DNA from: Nitrospiraceae bacterium
GTDB taxonomy: Bacteria; Nitrospirota; Nitrospiria; Nitrospirales; Nitrospiraceae
Length of the DNA: 38,083 nucleotides
Direction of reading: 5' to 3'
Assembly: GCA_035273145.1 (NCBI GenBank)
Contig: DATEPO010000278.1
Location: 1 to 38,083 of the forward strand
Shown here: piece after piece, positions 26,255 to 35,717 of the stretch
Layout: the number at the start of each line of letters is the position of its first letter
Numbering within the stretch: the first letter of the stretch is position 1
Translations under genes and position numbers: made by a program
Notes under the pieces: generated by a model
Seen by the model: the letters and a program-made list of their open reading frames with translations, nothing else
Told to the model about the DNA's origin: nothing
The model's database searches: none

Positions 26255-28898
26255 GGCCGACCTCTCTCCCCTGATGCGGCAATACTGGGAGGTCAAGCAC
26301 CTCTATCAGGATGCCATTGTGTTTTTTCGCGTCGGCGACTTCTATGAGATGTTTTATGAGGATGCGGAGATCGCTTCCCGATTGCTCAGCATCGCCCTGA
26401 CGTCACGCGACAAATCGAGTGCCAATCCTGTCCCCCTATGCGGAGTGCCTTACCATGCCGCCACCGGTTATATCGCCAAGTTGCTGAAAGCCGGTCGGAC
26501 AGTGGCTCTTTGCGATCAGGTAGAAGATCCCAAATCGGCCAAAGGTCTCGTGCGGCGGGAAGTCGTCCGCTTGTACACACCGGGGACGTTGACTGATACT
26601 GAATTCCTTCCATCTACTGAATCGATTTTTTTAGTCGCTATCGCATCTCCCGCTCAGCTCGGTCATCAGATGTTTGCACCACAGTTTGGGCTCGCCGCCC
26701 TCGATTCATCGACGGGCGAATTTTGGGTGATGGAATTGTTCGGCGAAGCCGCCTCGGCCGACTTGCACGATGAACTGTATCGTATAGGACCTCGCGAACT
26801 GCTGTACTCCTCCACTCTCTCTCCATCGGTGCAATCCGGCCTGCACTTGATTCGCGGAGCGCGACTCTGTCCGCAAAACGGAGCGTCTCTCGGGCTTATC
26901 GAGGCACAGCGCTTACTACACGAGCATTTCGGCGTGGCTTCCCTGGAGGGGTTCGGGTGCCGAGGACTGAGCCTCGGAATCCAAGCAGCCGGCATGGTAC
27001 TGCGTTATGTACAAGACACCCAGCCGACGGTCAATCTAAGCCATATCGCCCGTTTGCAGATCCGGCACGGCCATCAATGCATGCATCTTGATGGCAACAC
27101 AATTAGCAACTTGGAACTGCTCAAATCTCTGTCCGACGTCAGACAGGATGCGACACTACGTGCCGTCTTAGAGAAGACGGTCTCAGCGATGGGCGGGCGC
27201 CTGCTACGAGAATGGATTGTACGGCCTTTGCTTCGCCCAACTGCTATTCATGCCCGTCATGAAGCAGTGGATGAACTGTTGAAGGAGATGTCTGTCCGTA
27301 TGTCTATCCGGACCGCGCTTCGAACCGTTCAGGACCTCGTGCGCCTGAGTAGCCGTCTCTCAATGGGAGCCGCCACCCCTCGGGAATTGCTGGCGCTGCA
27401 ACAATCGGTGGTGACTCTGCCGCAGTTACGAGTCTTATTGTCTTCCCTCAAAGCCCTGTTGCTTCAAGAGCTCGTTCAGGAATGGGATGACTTGACCGAT
27501 GTGCATGATCTGATCGCGCGGACGATTTTTCCGGATGCGCCTGCGACGATTCGTGAAGGGGGCATCATCCAAGACGGATATCACGGCAGCCTCGATGAGC
27601 TTCGCCGTACTTGCCGGGAAGGGAAACAGTGGATCGCTAAATTAGAACTTCAGGAACGAGAACGGACGGGGATTGAATCGCTGAAAATTCGCTTCAATCA
27701 CGTCTTCGGCTATTACATTGAAGTAACCAAGACCAATGCGGCTCGTGTTCCCGACCATTACGTTCGGAAACAAACGCTCGCGAACGCCGAACGATTTACC
27801 ACGACAGAACTGAAAGAGTTGGAAACCCGGGTGACAGGCGCAGATGTCAAACTCATTGTTTTGGAGCAAGAATTATTTGAACAATTTCGTGCGCAATTGG
27901 CGAAGGAGTCACCGAGGTTCCAGGCCATGGGATCTGTCCTCGCGGTCATCGATGTCCTCGCCAGCTTGGCTGAAACTGCCGCCCTCCATCGATACGTTCG
28001 CCCTACGCTTCATGAGGGAGGAACAATTCGCATTGTTGACGGCCGACATCCCGTCGTGGAACATCTCGGTTCATCGGAAGGATTTATCCCGAATGACACA
28101 TACCTTGATTTAGATCAGAACCGCTTGATTGTGCTAACCGGCCCCAATATGGCCGGGAAAAGCACTTACCTCCGGCAAATTGCCCTCATTGTGCTCCTGG
28201 CACAAATAGGAAGCTTTGTTCCAGCCCGTAGCGCGGAGATCGGTGTGGTGGACCGAATTTTTACGCGTGTCGGCGCCAGCGATAATCTAGCGGCCGGCCA
28301 GAGTACATTTATGGTGGAAATGACAGAAACCGCCCAAATCTTGCGTTGCGCGACTCGTCGCAGTCTCATCATCCTGGATGAAATTGGTCGAGGAACCAGC
28401 ACCTATGACGGACTGAGTATCGCGTGGGCTGTGGCCGAGTATATCTTGGATCCGGACCGCCTCGGTGCACGAACTCTCTTCGCCACCCATTACCACGAGA
28501 TGACCGAATTAGCTCAACAGCGTGAAGGGGCGAAGAATTACACGGTCTTGGTCAAGGAGCGGGGCGAACAAGTTCTATTTCTTAGAAAAATCATCGAAGG
28601 CGGCGCTGATCGCAGCTATGGGATTCATGTCGCCCAACTAGCCGGATTGCCTCCTGTCGTCATCACTCGAGCTCGAGAAGTATTGGCGCAACTAGAGTGC
28701 GCCAACATTTCCTCATCGAATCAGTTTCTAATAAGCGAGAACCGCGATGCCAGCCCACGGCTTCCTGATCCGACACTTCCGATCCCCCATCCTATAATCG
28801 ATGAAGTCCGGCAAATGGATCTATTTTCAATGACTCCACTAGAAGCTCTTAATCGACTGGCCGACCTTCAGCGCCGGTTAGGCGAACGCATCAAATAA
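26247..28898 (+). CDS. mutS: DNA mismatch repair protein MutS
   Basis: 883 aa. The sequence shows TPLMRQYWEVKHLYQDAIVFFRVGDFYEMFYEDA and the Walker A LTGPNMAGKSTYLRQ, followed by DEIGRGTSTYDGLSIAWAV. Confidence 0.97.
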   Translation: MTEADLSPLMRQYWEVKHLYQDAIVFFRVGDFYEMFYEDAEIASRLLSIALTSRDKSSANPVPLCGVPYHAATGYIAKLLKAGRTVALCDQVEDPKSAKGLVRREVVRLYTPGTLTDTEFLPSTESIFLVAIASPAQLGHQMFAPQFGLAALDSSTGEFWVMELFGEAASADLHDELYRIGPRELLYSSTLSPSVQSGLHLIRGARLCPQNGASLGLIEAQRLLHEHFGVASLEGFGCRGLSLGIQAAGMVLRYVQDTQPTVNLSHIARLQIRHGHQCMHLDGNTISNLELLKSLSDVRQDATLRAVLEKTVSAMGGRLLREWIVRPLLRPTAIHARHEAVDELLKEMSVRMSIRTALRTVQDLVRLSSRLSMGAATPRELLALQQSVVTLPQLRVLLSSLKALLLQELVQEWDDLTDVHDLIARTIFPDAPATIREGGIIQDGYHGSLDELRRTCREGKQWIAKLELQERERTGIESLKIRFNHVFGYYIEVTKTNAARVPDHYVRKQTLANAERFTTTELKELETRVTGADVKLIVLEQELFEQFRAQLAKESPRFQAMGSVLAVIDVLASLAETAALHRYVRPTLHEGGTIRIVDGRHPVVEHLGSSEGFIPNDTYLDLDQNRLIVLTGPNMAGKSTYLRQIALIVLLAQIGSFVPARSAEIGVVDRIFTRVGASDNLAAGQSTFMVEMTETAQILRCATRRSLIILDEIGRGTSTYDGLSIAWAVAEYILDPDRLGARTLFATHYHEMTELAQQREGAKNYTVLVKERGEQVLFLRKIIEGGADRSYGIHVAQLAGLPPVVITRAREVLAQLECANISSSNQFLISENRDASPRLPDPTLPIPHPIIDEVRQMDLFSMTPLEALNRLADLQRRLGERIK

Positions 28899-28932
28899 AA
28901 AAGGCGGTGGCTTGTGAAGCCACCGCCTTTTT
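28897..28932. terminator. Bidirectional rho-independent terminator between convergent mutS and the secreted-protein operon
   Basis: The sequence is AAAAAA-GGCGGTGGCTT-gtg-AAGCCACCGCC-TTTTT. It forms a perfect 11-bp stem (28903-28913 / 28917-27) with a 3-nt loop, flanked by an A-run and a T-run. It abuts the mutS stop codon. Confidence 0.9.
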
Positions 28933-28948
28933 CACACAGCATCAAAGT

Positions 28949-29623
28949 TTAATGACTGCTGCTCGATCCTTTTCCTTCATTATATGGAGCGGTCCATGGA
29001 ATCAGACCAGCAACAGGCTTTCCACCAGGCAGTAACACATCATACTGCATAGGAAGAGTCTTTTCCCCCTTGGGCGTAGTATTCAGCTCTTGCTTCCCCT
29101 TGTAGCAAGCGGCATCATATTCACTCTTTCCTTCGCACTCCTTCATCCGCAGGGCCGAAATGCTCCGAGGCTGGCTAGGTTCGCCCGCGTTTTCAGGGAG
29201 CTTCTTCACCGATGAAATGACACGTCGATTCTGTTCGACTTCTTGTGCAGTAAATTCCACGAGGGTTGTCGGAGAGCCGGGTGGTACTTCCTTCGCGGCA
29301 GCCGGCCCAGCATGTGGGCGCGCCATTGACTTCAGTTGATCGAATACTTCCTTGTTTGCCGCATAAAATTTCAAATTTTTCCCTGGTTGCACTTTCTGCC
29401 AGAAGTATCCGCTTTCCGCATTTCCACCGAAGACCGCAATATTGATCCAAACCGCCTCGTCATAAGGGTCAAGAATGATCACCCGCCCTTGGAGCGTGGT
29501 CGGCTTGCTCATATCCCCCCACTCGAACCGCTCCTGGAACGCTTCGATTGCAAGGGCGGTCGTGGCCATGCCGGCGACTAGAGCCATGGCGGCGACAAAC
29601 GCCCATCCCTTCGTCTGTGTCAT
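28949..29623 (-). CDS. Secreted protein of unknown function (224 aa); distal gene of a two-gene operon
   Basis: AAGGAGG lies 7 nt upstream of the ATG at 29623. The signal peptide is MTQTKGWAFVAAMALVAGMATTALA|IEA. No family is recognised. By eye it aligns weakly with the upstream gene product. Confidence 0.7.
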   Translation of the reverse strand: MTQTKGWAFVAAMALVAGMATTALAIEAFQERFEWGDMSKPTTLQGRVIILDPYDEAVWINIAVFGGNAESGYFWQKVQPGKNLKFYAANKEVFDQLKSMARPHAGPAAAKEVPPGSPTTLVEFTAQEVEQNRRVISSVKKLPENAGEPSQPRSISALRMKECEGKSEYDAACYKGKQELNTTPKGEKTLPMQYDVLLPGGKPVAGLIPWTAPYNEGKGSSSSH

Positions 29624-29677
29624 GATTACACCCTCCTTACCAATTCTATTAATGATAATTATCGGCAGTACGTAGTG

Positions 29678-30193
29678 CTAATCCTTGAGAACCTTGAATC
29701 CAGTAATGGTCCGACCATCCAGCGTGACCTCCATGGCGACGAGATCCTGCGAGGCCTTAATGATCTGGTCCATCAACGCCTTGTCCTTCACGCTTAAGCG
29801 AACTGTAGTGGCAGCATGATACCATCCGGAATACGGATTATTCTTCTCAGGTCCACCGGTAAATCCCCATGCGCAGCAGGTAAAGAGAGGGTCCGGCGGC
29901 TTCACGTCCAAATCGCTCGATGTGCGGCCAGCCGGATTTCCCGAAGCCGGATCGCCGGTATTCCAATATTGAACGCCGAAGAGAATTTCTTTATCGGGGT
30001 TATCTGCCCACTGAGACCATACCCGGCCTTTTAAACTCTTGACCGGTTCGCCCTTCAATGCTTGTCCTCCAGCAATTTTACTAGATACGCCACCAGCGCC
30101 AGGCGGATCGTCCGCTGCAACAACAAGCCCGGAAGTCAGCACGCCGGCACAAAACACTGTAGATATTGCGGCTATAATAACGCCCCTTCTCAT
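29678..30193 (-). CDS. Secreted protein of unknown function (171 aa)
   Basis: The track ORF extends to 30268, but the ATG at 30193 has GAAGGAGGG 8 nt upstream. It yields a clean signal peptide, MRRGVIIAAISTVFCAGVLTSGLVVAA|DD. No family is recognised. Confidence 0.7.
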   Translation of the reverse strand: MRRGVIIAAISTVFCAGVLTSGLVVAADDPPGAGGVSSKIAGGQALKGEPVKSLKGRVWSQWADNPDKEILFGVQYWNTGDPASGNPAGRTSSDLDVKPPDPLFTCCAWGFTGGPEKNNPYSGWYHAATTVRLSVKDKALMDQIIKASQDLVAMEVTLDGRTITGFKVLKD

Positions 30194-30371
30194 ACCTTGT
30201 CCCTCCTTCATAAAATCCCACATAATGCCCTCACTTGATCTAAGAGATCGAGAAAAGATAATACTCAAAAGGCCTAAAGAAAGAGAAAGATGCCTCGGTC
30301 ATGAAAAAGTGCGCACCTCCTTTCTCTTTTATTCGCACATTAGCAAGAGGATTACTCATAAGTAGGAGGTG

Positions 30372-30400
30372 ATCGTACTCAATCGAACAAGGCTTGTCAA
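30372..30400 (-). promoter_or_regulatory. Near-consensus sigma70 promoter for the secreted-protein operon
   Basis: On the minus strand: TTGACA (30400-30395), a 17-nt spacer, then TACGAT (30377-30372). This implies a leader of about 170 nt before the ATG at 30193. Confidence 0.45.
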
Positions 30401-30472
30401 GAAATTATTTAGCCTGATTCGCCATCACGCGTTGCATGTAACTGACTAAAAAGAATGATCTTTCCTTGAAAA

Positions 30473-31726
30473 TTAATTCAAGGCGCTGTGAAGCGAGCGC
30501 CGTGAAATCGGACCGATAGCCGTCACCGATAGGGACTCAGAATCGAAGAGCTCATGAGCAAGGCGGAGTATTTGATCGCCTGAGATCCGATCAATTTCAG
30601 TCGTCATTTCTTCCAGTGATAGATGGCGGCCCTGATACAGCTCATCTTTAGCCAATTTACTCATGCGGCTTTGGGTACTTTCCACACTGAGCATGAGTCC
30701 GCCTTTTATCTGGTCCTTCACTCGCTGCAATTCCTTCTTATCTATCCCATGCCTATGAAAGCGCTTCATCTCGCGACGTACCAGTTCGAGCACACGTGCG
30801 GCTTCTCGCGGTCTGGTCGCAGCATAGACCGTCAATGTGCCGGTATCCGAATAGGAAGAAGCATAGGAGTAAATGGAGTATGCCAAGCCGCGCTTCTCAC
30901 GGACTTCTTGAAACAATCTTGAGCTGACGCTCCCCCCGACTGCCGAGTTTAATGCATAGAGTGCATATCGATCCTTGTGATCTAACCGAAGTCCCTTTAG
31001 ACCGAGACAGACATGCGCCTGTTGAAGTGGTTTGTGGCGTGTGTACAGACCGGCGTGAACCGCTGGGGGCCAGCGATTGAGTTTGGGGCGCTGTGGTTTA
31101 CTGAAACTGCCGAAGCACCGGCTCAGGAGCGGAACCATCTCCTTCATATGAAAATTTCCGGCGACCGAAATCACCGTTTCAGCCGGATGATAATGGGCAT
31201 CCACGAAATCAAGAAGACGCGCCCGCCTTAATCCTTTGATCACGGCAGCCTGCCCAAGAATGGGGCGTCCAAGAGGATGCCCATGAAATGCCTGTTCCAT
31301 GTGCCAATCCTGCACGAGATCTTCAGGATCGTCCTCTACCATTCGTACTTCTTCCAGGACGACCTGCTTTTCTTTTTCGATTTCTTTCGATGCAAATTTG
31401 GCGTGGTGAAAAAGGTCCGACAGGAGGGCCAGGGCTTGGGATAGATGTTGATCGAGGACCTTGACGTAGAAGGTAGTCGTTTCGCGTCCGGTGAAGGCGT
31501 TCATCTCGCCGCCCAAGGCATCGATCTCCCGTGAGATTTGCATAGCAGACCGAGTGCGAGTGCCTTTGAAGAACATATGTTCGGTGAAGTGGGAGAATCC
31601 TTCTTCACCCCTTTCTTCATCACGCGATCCGACATTCACCCAGATGCCCACGGTGACAGATTTGGCGGACGGCATGCGTTCCGTCACGACGCGGACTCCA
31701 TTATCGAGCACTATTTTTCGGTACAT
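30473..31726 (-). CDS. M16-family zinc peptidase (insulinase/pitrilysin-like)
   Basis: 417 aa. The inverted zincin motif is GFSHFTEHMFFKGT (HxxEH). The gene has the conserved position immediately downstream of pnp. Confidence 0.9.
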   Translation of the reverse strand: MYRKIVLDNGVRVVTERMPSAKSVTVGIWVNVGSRDEERGEEGFSHFTEHMFFKGTRTRSAMQISREIDALGGEMNAFTGRETTTFYVKVLDQHLSQALALLSDLFHHAKFASKEIEKEKQVVLEEVRMVEDDPEDLVQDWHMEQAFHGHPLGRPILGQAAVIKGLRRARLLDFVDAHYHPAETVISVAGNFHMKEMVPLLSRCFGSFSKPQRPKLNRWPPAVHAGLYTRHKPLQQAHVCLGLKGLRLDHKDRYALYALNSAVGGSVSSRLFQEVREKRGLAYSIYSYASSYSDTGTLTVYAATRPREAARVLELVRREMKRFHRHGIDKKELQRVKDQIKGGLMLSVESTQSRMSKLAKDELYQGRHLSLEEMTTEIDRISGDQILRLAHELFDSESLSVTAIGPISRRSLHSALN

Positions 31727-31732
31727 ATTAGC

Positions 31733-33829
31733 TTAGCCGGCGGCAGGTGCGGTGGGCGCGGGCATCGTTTCCTTCCGGCTCAACCTGATCTTGCCTTGCT
31801 TATCGACTTCCAACACCTTGACCATAATTTGATCTCCTTCAGCGACCTCATCGGACACAGCCTTCACACGATGATGCGCCAATTGCGAGATGTGCACCAA
31901 TCCATCCGTTCCAGGAAGGATTTCGACGAACGCCCCAAAATCCATGATTTTCCGCACGGTGCCAAGATACACCTTTCCGGTCTCAACCTCTTCAGTCAGG
32001 CGGCTAATCATATCCTTCGCTTTCTGAGCGGATTCTTCATCCACGGCGGCGATCGACACATCACCGGTGTCCTCGACATTGATCTTGACGCCGGTCTCCG
32101 CAATGATGCTGCGGATCATCTTCCCGCCTGGGCCGATGACGTCGCGTATTTTGTCCTGCTTAATTTTCATCGTAAAAATACGTGGCGCAAACGCCGACAG
32201 CTTGGTTCTCGGTGCGCTTAGCGTCGCCGCCATCCGCTCTAAAATATGGAGCCGGCCTTCACGGGCCTGGTTGAGCGCCTGACGCATCAGATCGGCTGTG
32301 ATGCCGCCGATCTTAATATCCATCTGCAGCGCCGTTACACCATTTTTCGTCCCGGTGACTTTGAAATCCATATCACCGAGATGATCCTCCAACCCTAAGA
32401 TGTCGGAAAGGACCATGACACGCTCGCCTTCCTTGATCAATCCCATGGCAATGCCGGCCACCGGTTCTTTAATCGGGACGCCGGCATCCAGCAACGCCAG
32501 CGTTCCGCCGCAGACGGTCGCCATGGATGAGGATCCGTTGGATTCGAGAATGTCGGAGACAATCCGCAAGGTATAAGGGAACTTTTCTTTTGTGGGAATA
32601 ATTGGGCGCAAGGCGCGCTCGGCTAAGGCTCCGTGCCCCACCTCGCGACGTCCCGGCGACCGAAGCGGCCGCGCCTCACCGACACTGAACGGCGGGAAAT
32701 TATAATGCAACATGAAAGCCCGATAATACTCACCCTCTAAGGCATCAATCCGTTGCTCATCCTCGGTCGTCCCGAGCGTGACGACGGCCAAACTCTGCGT
32801 CTCGCCGCGCGTAAAGAGCGCCGATCCATGCGTGCGTGGCAGGACACTAACTTCACTCGTGATCGGTCGAATATCGGCCGGTCCACGCCCATCAGCGCGT
32901 ACGCCACCCAGAATCATCTCACGCACTTCCGTATATTCCAGGGAGTGAAATATCAGCTTCACGTGTCGCTCGCGATTGGGGTCCTCCGTCTTGAGCTTCG
33001 CGACCGCTTCATCACGGATCTGATCGAGGCGTTCCTGGCGAGCGGTCTTGTTGGGAATCAAAATCGCTTCACGAATCGGCTGTCCAACGAGATGGCGGAC
33101 CTGATCGGTCAGGGTCGAATCGATGTTCTCGGCCTTGATCTGCCGTTTGGGCTTTCCCGCCACGGCTTTCAGCTCGCCAATCTTTGCCACAATGCGCTTG
33201 ATTTCACGATGAGCCGCCTCGATCGCTTCAATCATAACGGATTCTGGTTGTTCGTTCGCCCCGCCTTCCACCATCATGACGGCATCGGCCGTCCCGGCAA
33301 CAACCAAGCTGAGCTCGCAGGTTTCAAACGTCGTTACATCGGGATTTACGATGAACTGTCCATTGACCCGTCCGATCTTGACCGCGGCGACCGGTCCCTG
33401 GAACGGAATACTGGACACCTCCAATGCGGCAGATGCGGCCGTCATTGCGACGACATCTGAACAGCCGGTCTGATCGGCAGAGAGGACTGAGGTAATGACC
33501 TGCGTTTCAAAATAGTATCCTTCTGGAAACAGCGGCCGCATCGGGCGGTCGATCAAGCGGCTCGTGAGCACTTCTTTCTCTGATGGTCGTCCCTCTCGCT
33601 TGAAATAGCCGCCTGGAATCTTTCCGGCTGCATAGGCCTTCTCTTGATAATCCACGGTCAGTGGCAGGAAGTCGATTCCTGGCTTAACCGTTTGTGACGC
33701 GACGGCCGTCGCCAGTATCACCGTATCTCCATAGGAGGCGAGGACTGATCCGTCCGCCTGCTTGGCGACTCGCCCGGTCTCAAGGCGCAATGTACGACCC
33801 GCCAATTCAATTTCAATAACATGCATCAT
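31733..33829 (-). CDS. pnp: Polyribonucleotide nucleotidyltransferase (PNPase)
   Basis: The ATG at 33829 has AAGGAG 7 nt upstream (the track start is 33865). The product has two RNase PH domains plus KH (IRDVIGPGGKMIRSI) and S1 (GKVYLGTVRKIMDFGAFVEILPGTDGLVHISQL) domains. Confidence 0.97.
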   Translation of the reverse strand: MMHVIEIELAGRTLRLETGRVAKQADGSVLASYGDTVILATAVASQTVKPGIDFLPLTVDYQEKAYAAGKIPGGYFKREGRPSEKEVLTSRLIDRPMRPLFPEGYYFETQVITSVLSADQTGCSDVVAMTAASAALEVSSIPFQGPVAAVKIGRVNGQFIVNPDVTTFETCELSLVVAGTADAVMMVEGGANEQPESVMIEAIEAAHREIKRIVAKIGELKAVAGKPKRQIKAENIDSTLTDQVRHLVGQPIREAILIPNKTARQERLDQIRDEAVAKLKTEDPNRERHVKLIFHSLEYTEVREMILGGVRADGRGPADIRPITSEVSVLPRTHGSALFTRGETQSLAVVTLGTTEDEQRIDALEGEYYRAFMLHYNFPPFSVGEARPLRSPGRREVGHGALAERALRPIIPTKEKFPYTLRIVSDILESNGSSSMATVCGGTLALLDAGVPIKEPVAGIAMGLIKEGERVMVLSDILGLEDHLGDMDFKVTGTKNGVTALQMDIKIGGITADLMRQALNQAREGRLHILERMAATLSAPRTKLSAFAPRIFTMKIKQDKIRDVIGPGGKMIRSIIAETGVKINVEDTGDVSIAAVDEESAQKAKDMISRLTEEVETGKVYLGTVRKIMDFGAFVEILPGTDGLVHISQLAHHRVKAVSDEVAEGDQIMVKVLEVDKQGKIRLSRKETMPAPTAPAAG

Positions 33830-34011
33830 CTGTGATCTCCTTGCTTCTGCTCCACAGATGCCCACAGAGATTGGCTCAAGCTTGTTCGAAATAAAAGTAT
33901 AAGAGTAAAAAGTGCAGACGTCCTAACTTTTGCCTTGAGCCGATGTCCGTGTTCACCTGTGAGAACAGCCCTTAGCGCTTCGCGGTATTTTGTGCGAAAC
34001 GCAGAGTGTAG

Positions 34012-34281
34012 TTACTTTCGAATCCCTAACCGCTCCAACGTCGAACGATACCGAGCCACATTGTGACGCCGCAAATAATCCAGCAACCGCCGCCGCCGGC
34101 CGACGAGTTGCAAGAGTCCTCTACGGGAATGGTGATCCTTGCGGTGGACCTTGAAGTGATCGGTCAGATACGTAATGCGATTCGTAAGAATGGCAATCTG
34201 AACCTCGGGCGATCCCGTATCCGTGCCATGATGCCGATACTGTTCGATTACACCTGTCTTCGCTTCCTTTGTAAGAGCCAT
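34012..34281 (-). CDS. rpsO: 30S ribosomal protein S15
   Basis: 89 aa. The sequence shows [48 protein letters not shown]. Confidence 0.97.
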   Translation of the reverse strand: MALTKEAKTGVIEQYRHHGTDTGSPEVQIAILTNRITYLTDHFKVHRKDHHSRRGLLQLVGRRRRLLDYLRRHNVARYRSTLERLGIRK

Positions 34282-34296
34282 CGCTCACTCCTTCTA

Positions 34297-35289
34297 TTAG
34301 TTAGACTCTGTGATCTGTTGCCCAGTCTCCACCAACACCTTCATCATGGCCACGACGCCCTCGGCATGGGGCGAATCTCCCTGAACTAATCCGATGCCCA
34401 ATAATCGCTCACCGGGATCTTTGAGGCGAACGACTCGCCCGCTCAGAGAAACACCCCGGTCTGATATTCTGTCCCATCCCACCGCATGAAAAGGAATGGG
34501 CACACCTTGTCGTGCACGTTCAGCTGCCGCTTGGTTCACCACCAACACCGGTATGTGGGCCAGCGCCTCGTCCAACGTCAGCAGTTGATGGGAAATATGG
34601 CCCATCCGACCCGAGTTGACGACGGCATCGATCGTACACGATTGCTCGACGTGCAGTGGCCCTACGCGCCGTCGTTCTAATTCGAGCAGATGTCCACCGA
34701 CCCCGAGCACCTGGCCGATGTCGGCACAGAGCGTTCGAACGTATGTCCCCTTGGAACATCGCATGCGGAACGTGACATCACACCCATTGATCTTCAAGAC
34801 CTGGATCTCATGGACAGTCACTCGGCGCAAGGCTCGCTCAACGGTTTTCCCAGCTCGTGCCGCTTGATATAACGGCATCCCCGCCACTTTGACGGCCGAA
34901 TACATCGGCGGAAGCTGGTCGATCTCGCCTTGAAATCGAGTAAACGCGCTACGGATCGATTCGTCGGTCAGTCCAGCGGTTGACGCTTCGCATAATACTC
35001 TGCCCGTCGCGTCCAACGTATCCGTCGTCTGGCCCAAACGGAGAATGGCCTGATACTCCTTCTCCCAATCCAGCAAATATTCGGCGATACGCGTAGCCCG
35101 ACCGACGAGTACCGGCAACACTCCGGTGGCTGCCGGGTCCAGAGTGCCGGCATGGCCGACTCGATTACCTCTCAGCACACCACGCAGCTTGGCCACGACA
35201 TCGTGAGAGGTCCATCCCGTCGGCTTATTGACATTGAGAATGCCCTCCACGATCGCCAGCCCCTGTCCTCGTTCTTTGATCGCCAACAT
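34297..35289 (-). CDS. truB: tRNA pseudouridine(55) synthase
   Basis: The sequence shows GILNVNKPTGWTSHDVV...GHAGTLDPAATGVLPVLVGRATR (catalytic Asp motif) and a C-terminal PUA-like extension. Confidence 0.95.
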   Translation of the reverse strand: MLAIKERGQGLAIVEGILNVNKPTGWTSHDVVAKLRGVLRGNRVGHAGTLDPAATGVLPVLVGRATRIAEYLLDWEKEYQAILRLGQTTDTLDATGRVLCEASTAGLTDESIRSAFTRFQGEIDQLPPMYSAVKVAGMPLYQAARAGKTVERALRRVTVHEIQVLKINGCDVTFRMRCSKGTYVRTLCADIGQVLGVGGHLLELERRRVGPLHVEQSCTIDAVVNSGRMGHISHQLLTLDEALAHIPVLVVNQAAAERARQGVPIPFHAVGWDRISDRGVSLSGRVVRLKDPGERLLGIGLVQGDSPHAEGVVAMMKVLVETGQQITESN

Positions 35290-35296
35290 GAGTCGG

Positions 35297-35707
35297 TTAA
35301 TTCCCAGGATGGTCTTCTGACTTCAGCGGGATCGGAACGTCTACCGACGTGTCCGACGACTCTTCCAATTGGCGCAGAATCGATAAAATTCGATCACCGC
35401 GTGGGCCGGTGGTATCTTTCTGGAAAATCAATTCCGGCGTATACCGCAAATTCACCCGCCGCCCGAGCTCAGCACGAATAAAGCCGGCCGCCTTCGCGAG
35501 ACCGGCCAGCGCGCCAGCCTCCTGCTTCTCATCGGGACCGGTCGTCACAAAGATTCTCGCGAGTCGGAGATCGCTCGTCAGTTCGACATCCGTCACGGTA
35601 ACGACTCCCACGCGAGGGTCTTTTGTCTTTCGCATGAGAATATCGGCAACTTCCATGCGGATCTGATCGGCAACTCGCGTCGAGCGCTTATAGGCTGTCT
35701 TTGACAT
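35297..35707 (-). CDS. rbfA: Ribosome-binding factor A
   Basis: The sequence shows RSTRVADQIRMEVADILMRKTKDPRVGVVTVTDVELTSDLRLARIFV. Confidence 0.93.
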   Translation of the reverse strand: MSKTAYKRSTRVADQIRMEVADILMRKTKDPRVGVVTVTDVELTSDLRLARIFVTTGPDEKQEAGALAGLAKAAGFIRAELGRRVNLRYTPELIFQKDTTGPRGDRILSILRQLEESSDTSVDVPIPLKSEDHPGN

Positions 35708-35717
35708 AATGAACGCA

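Noticed and set aside
30461-30480. The hairpin CCTTGAA-ttaatt-TTCAAGG spanning the stop codon of the M16 peptidase, considered as the terminator of the pnp operon.
   Set aside because: It is a 7-bp AU-rich stem that is not followed by a U-run. It is too weak to call as an intrinsic terminator, so the operon 3' end remains undefined.
12740-33460. Long antisense or alternative-frame ORFs opposite conserved genes: 12740..13237(+), 14168..14812(+), 19042..19665(+), 22895..23443(-), 25181..25777(-), 31538..32221(+) and 32753..33460(+).
   Set aside because: These are shadow ORFs, typical of moderately GC-rich DNA. Each overlaps a confidently identified gene on the other strand. They have Arg/Ser/Pro/Gly-biased composition and no SD.
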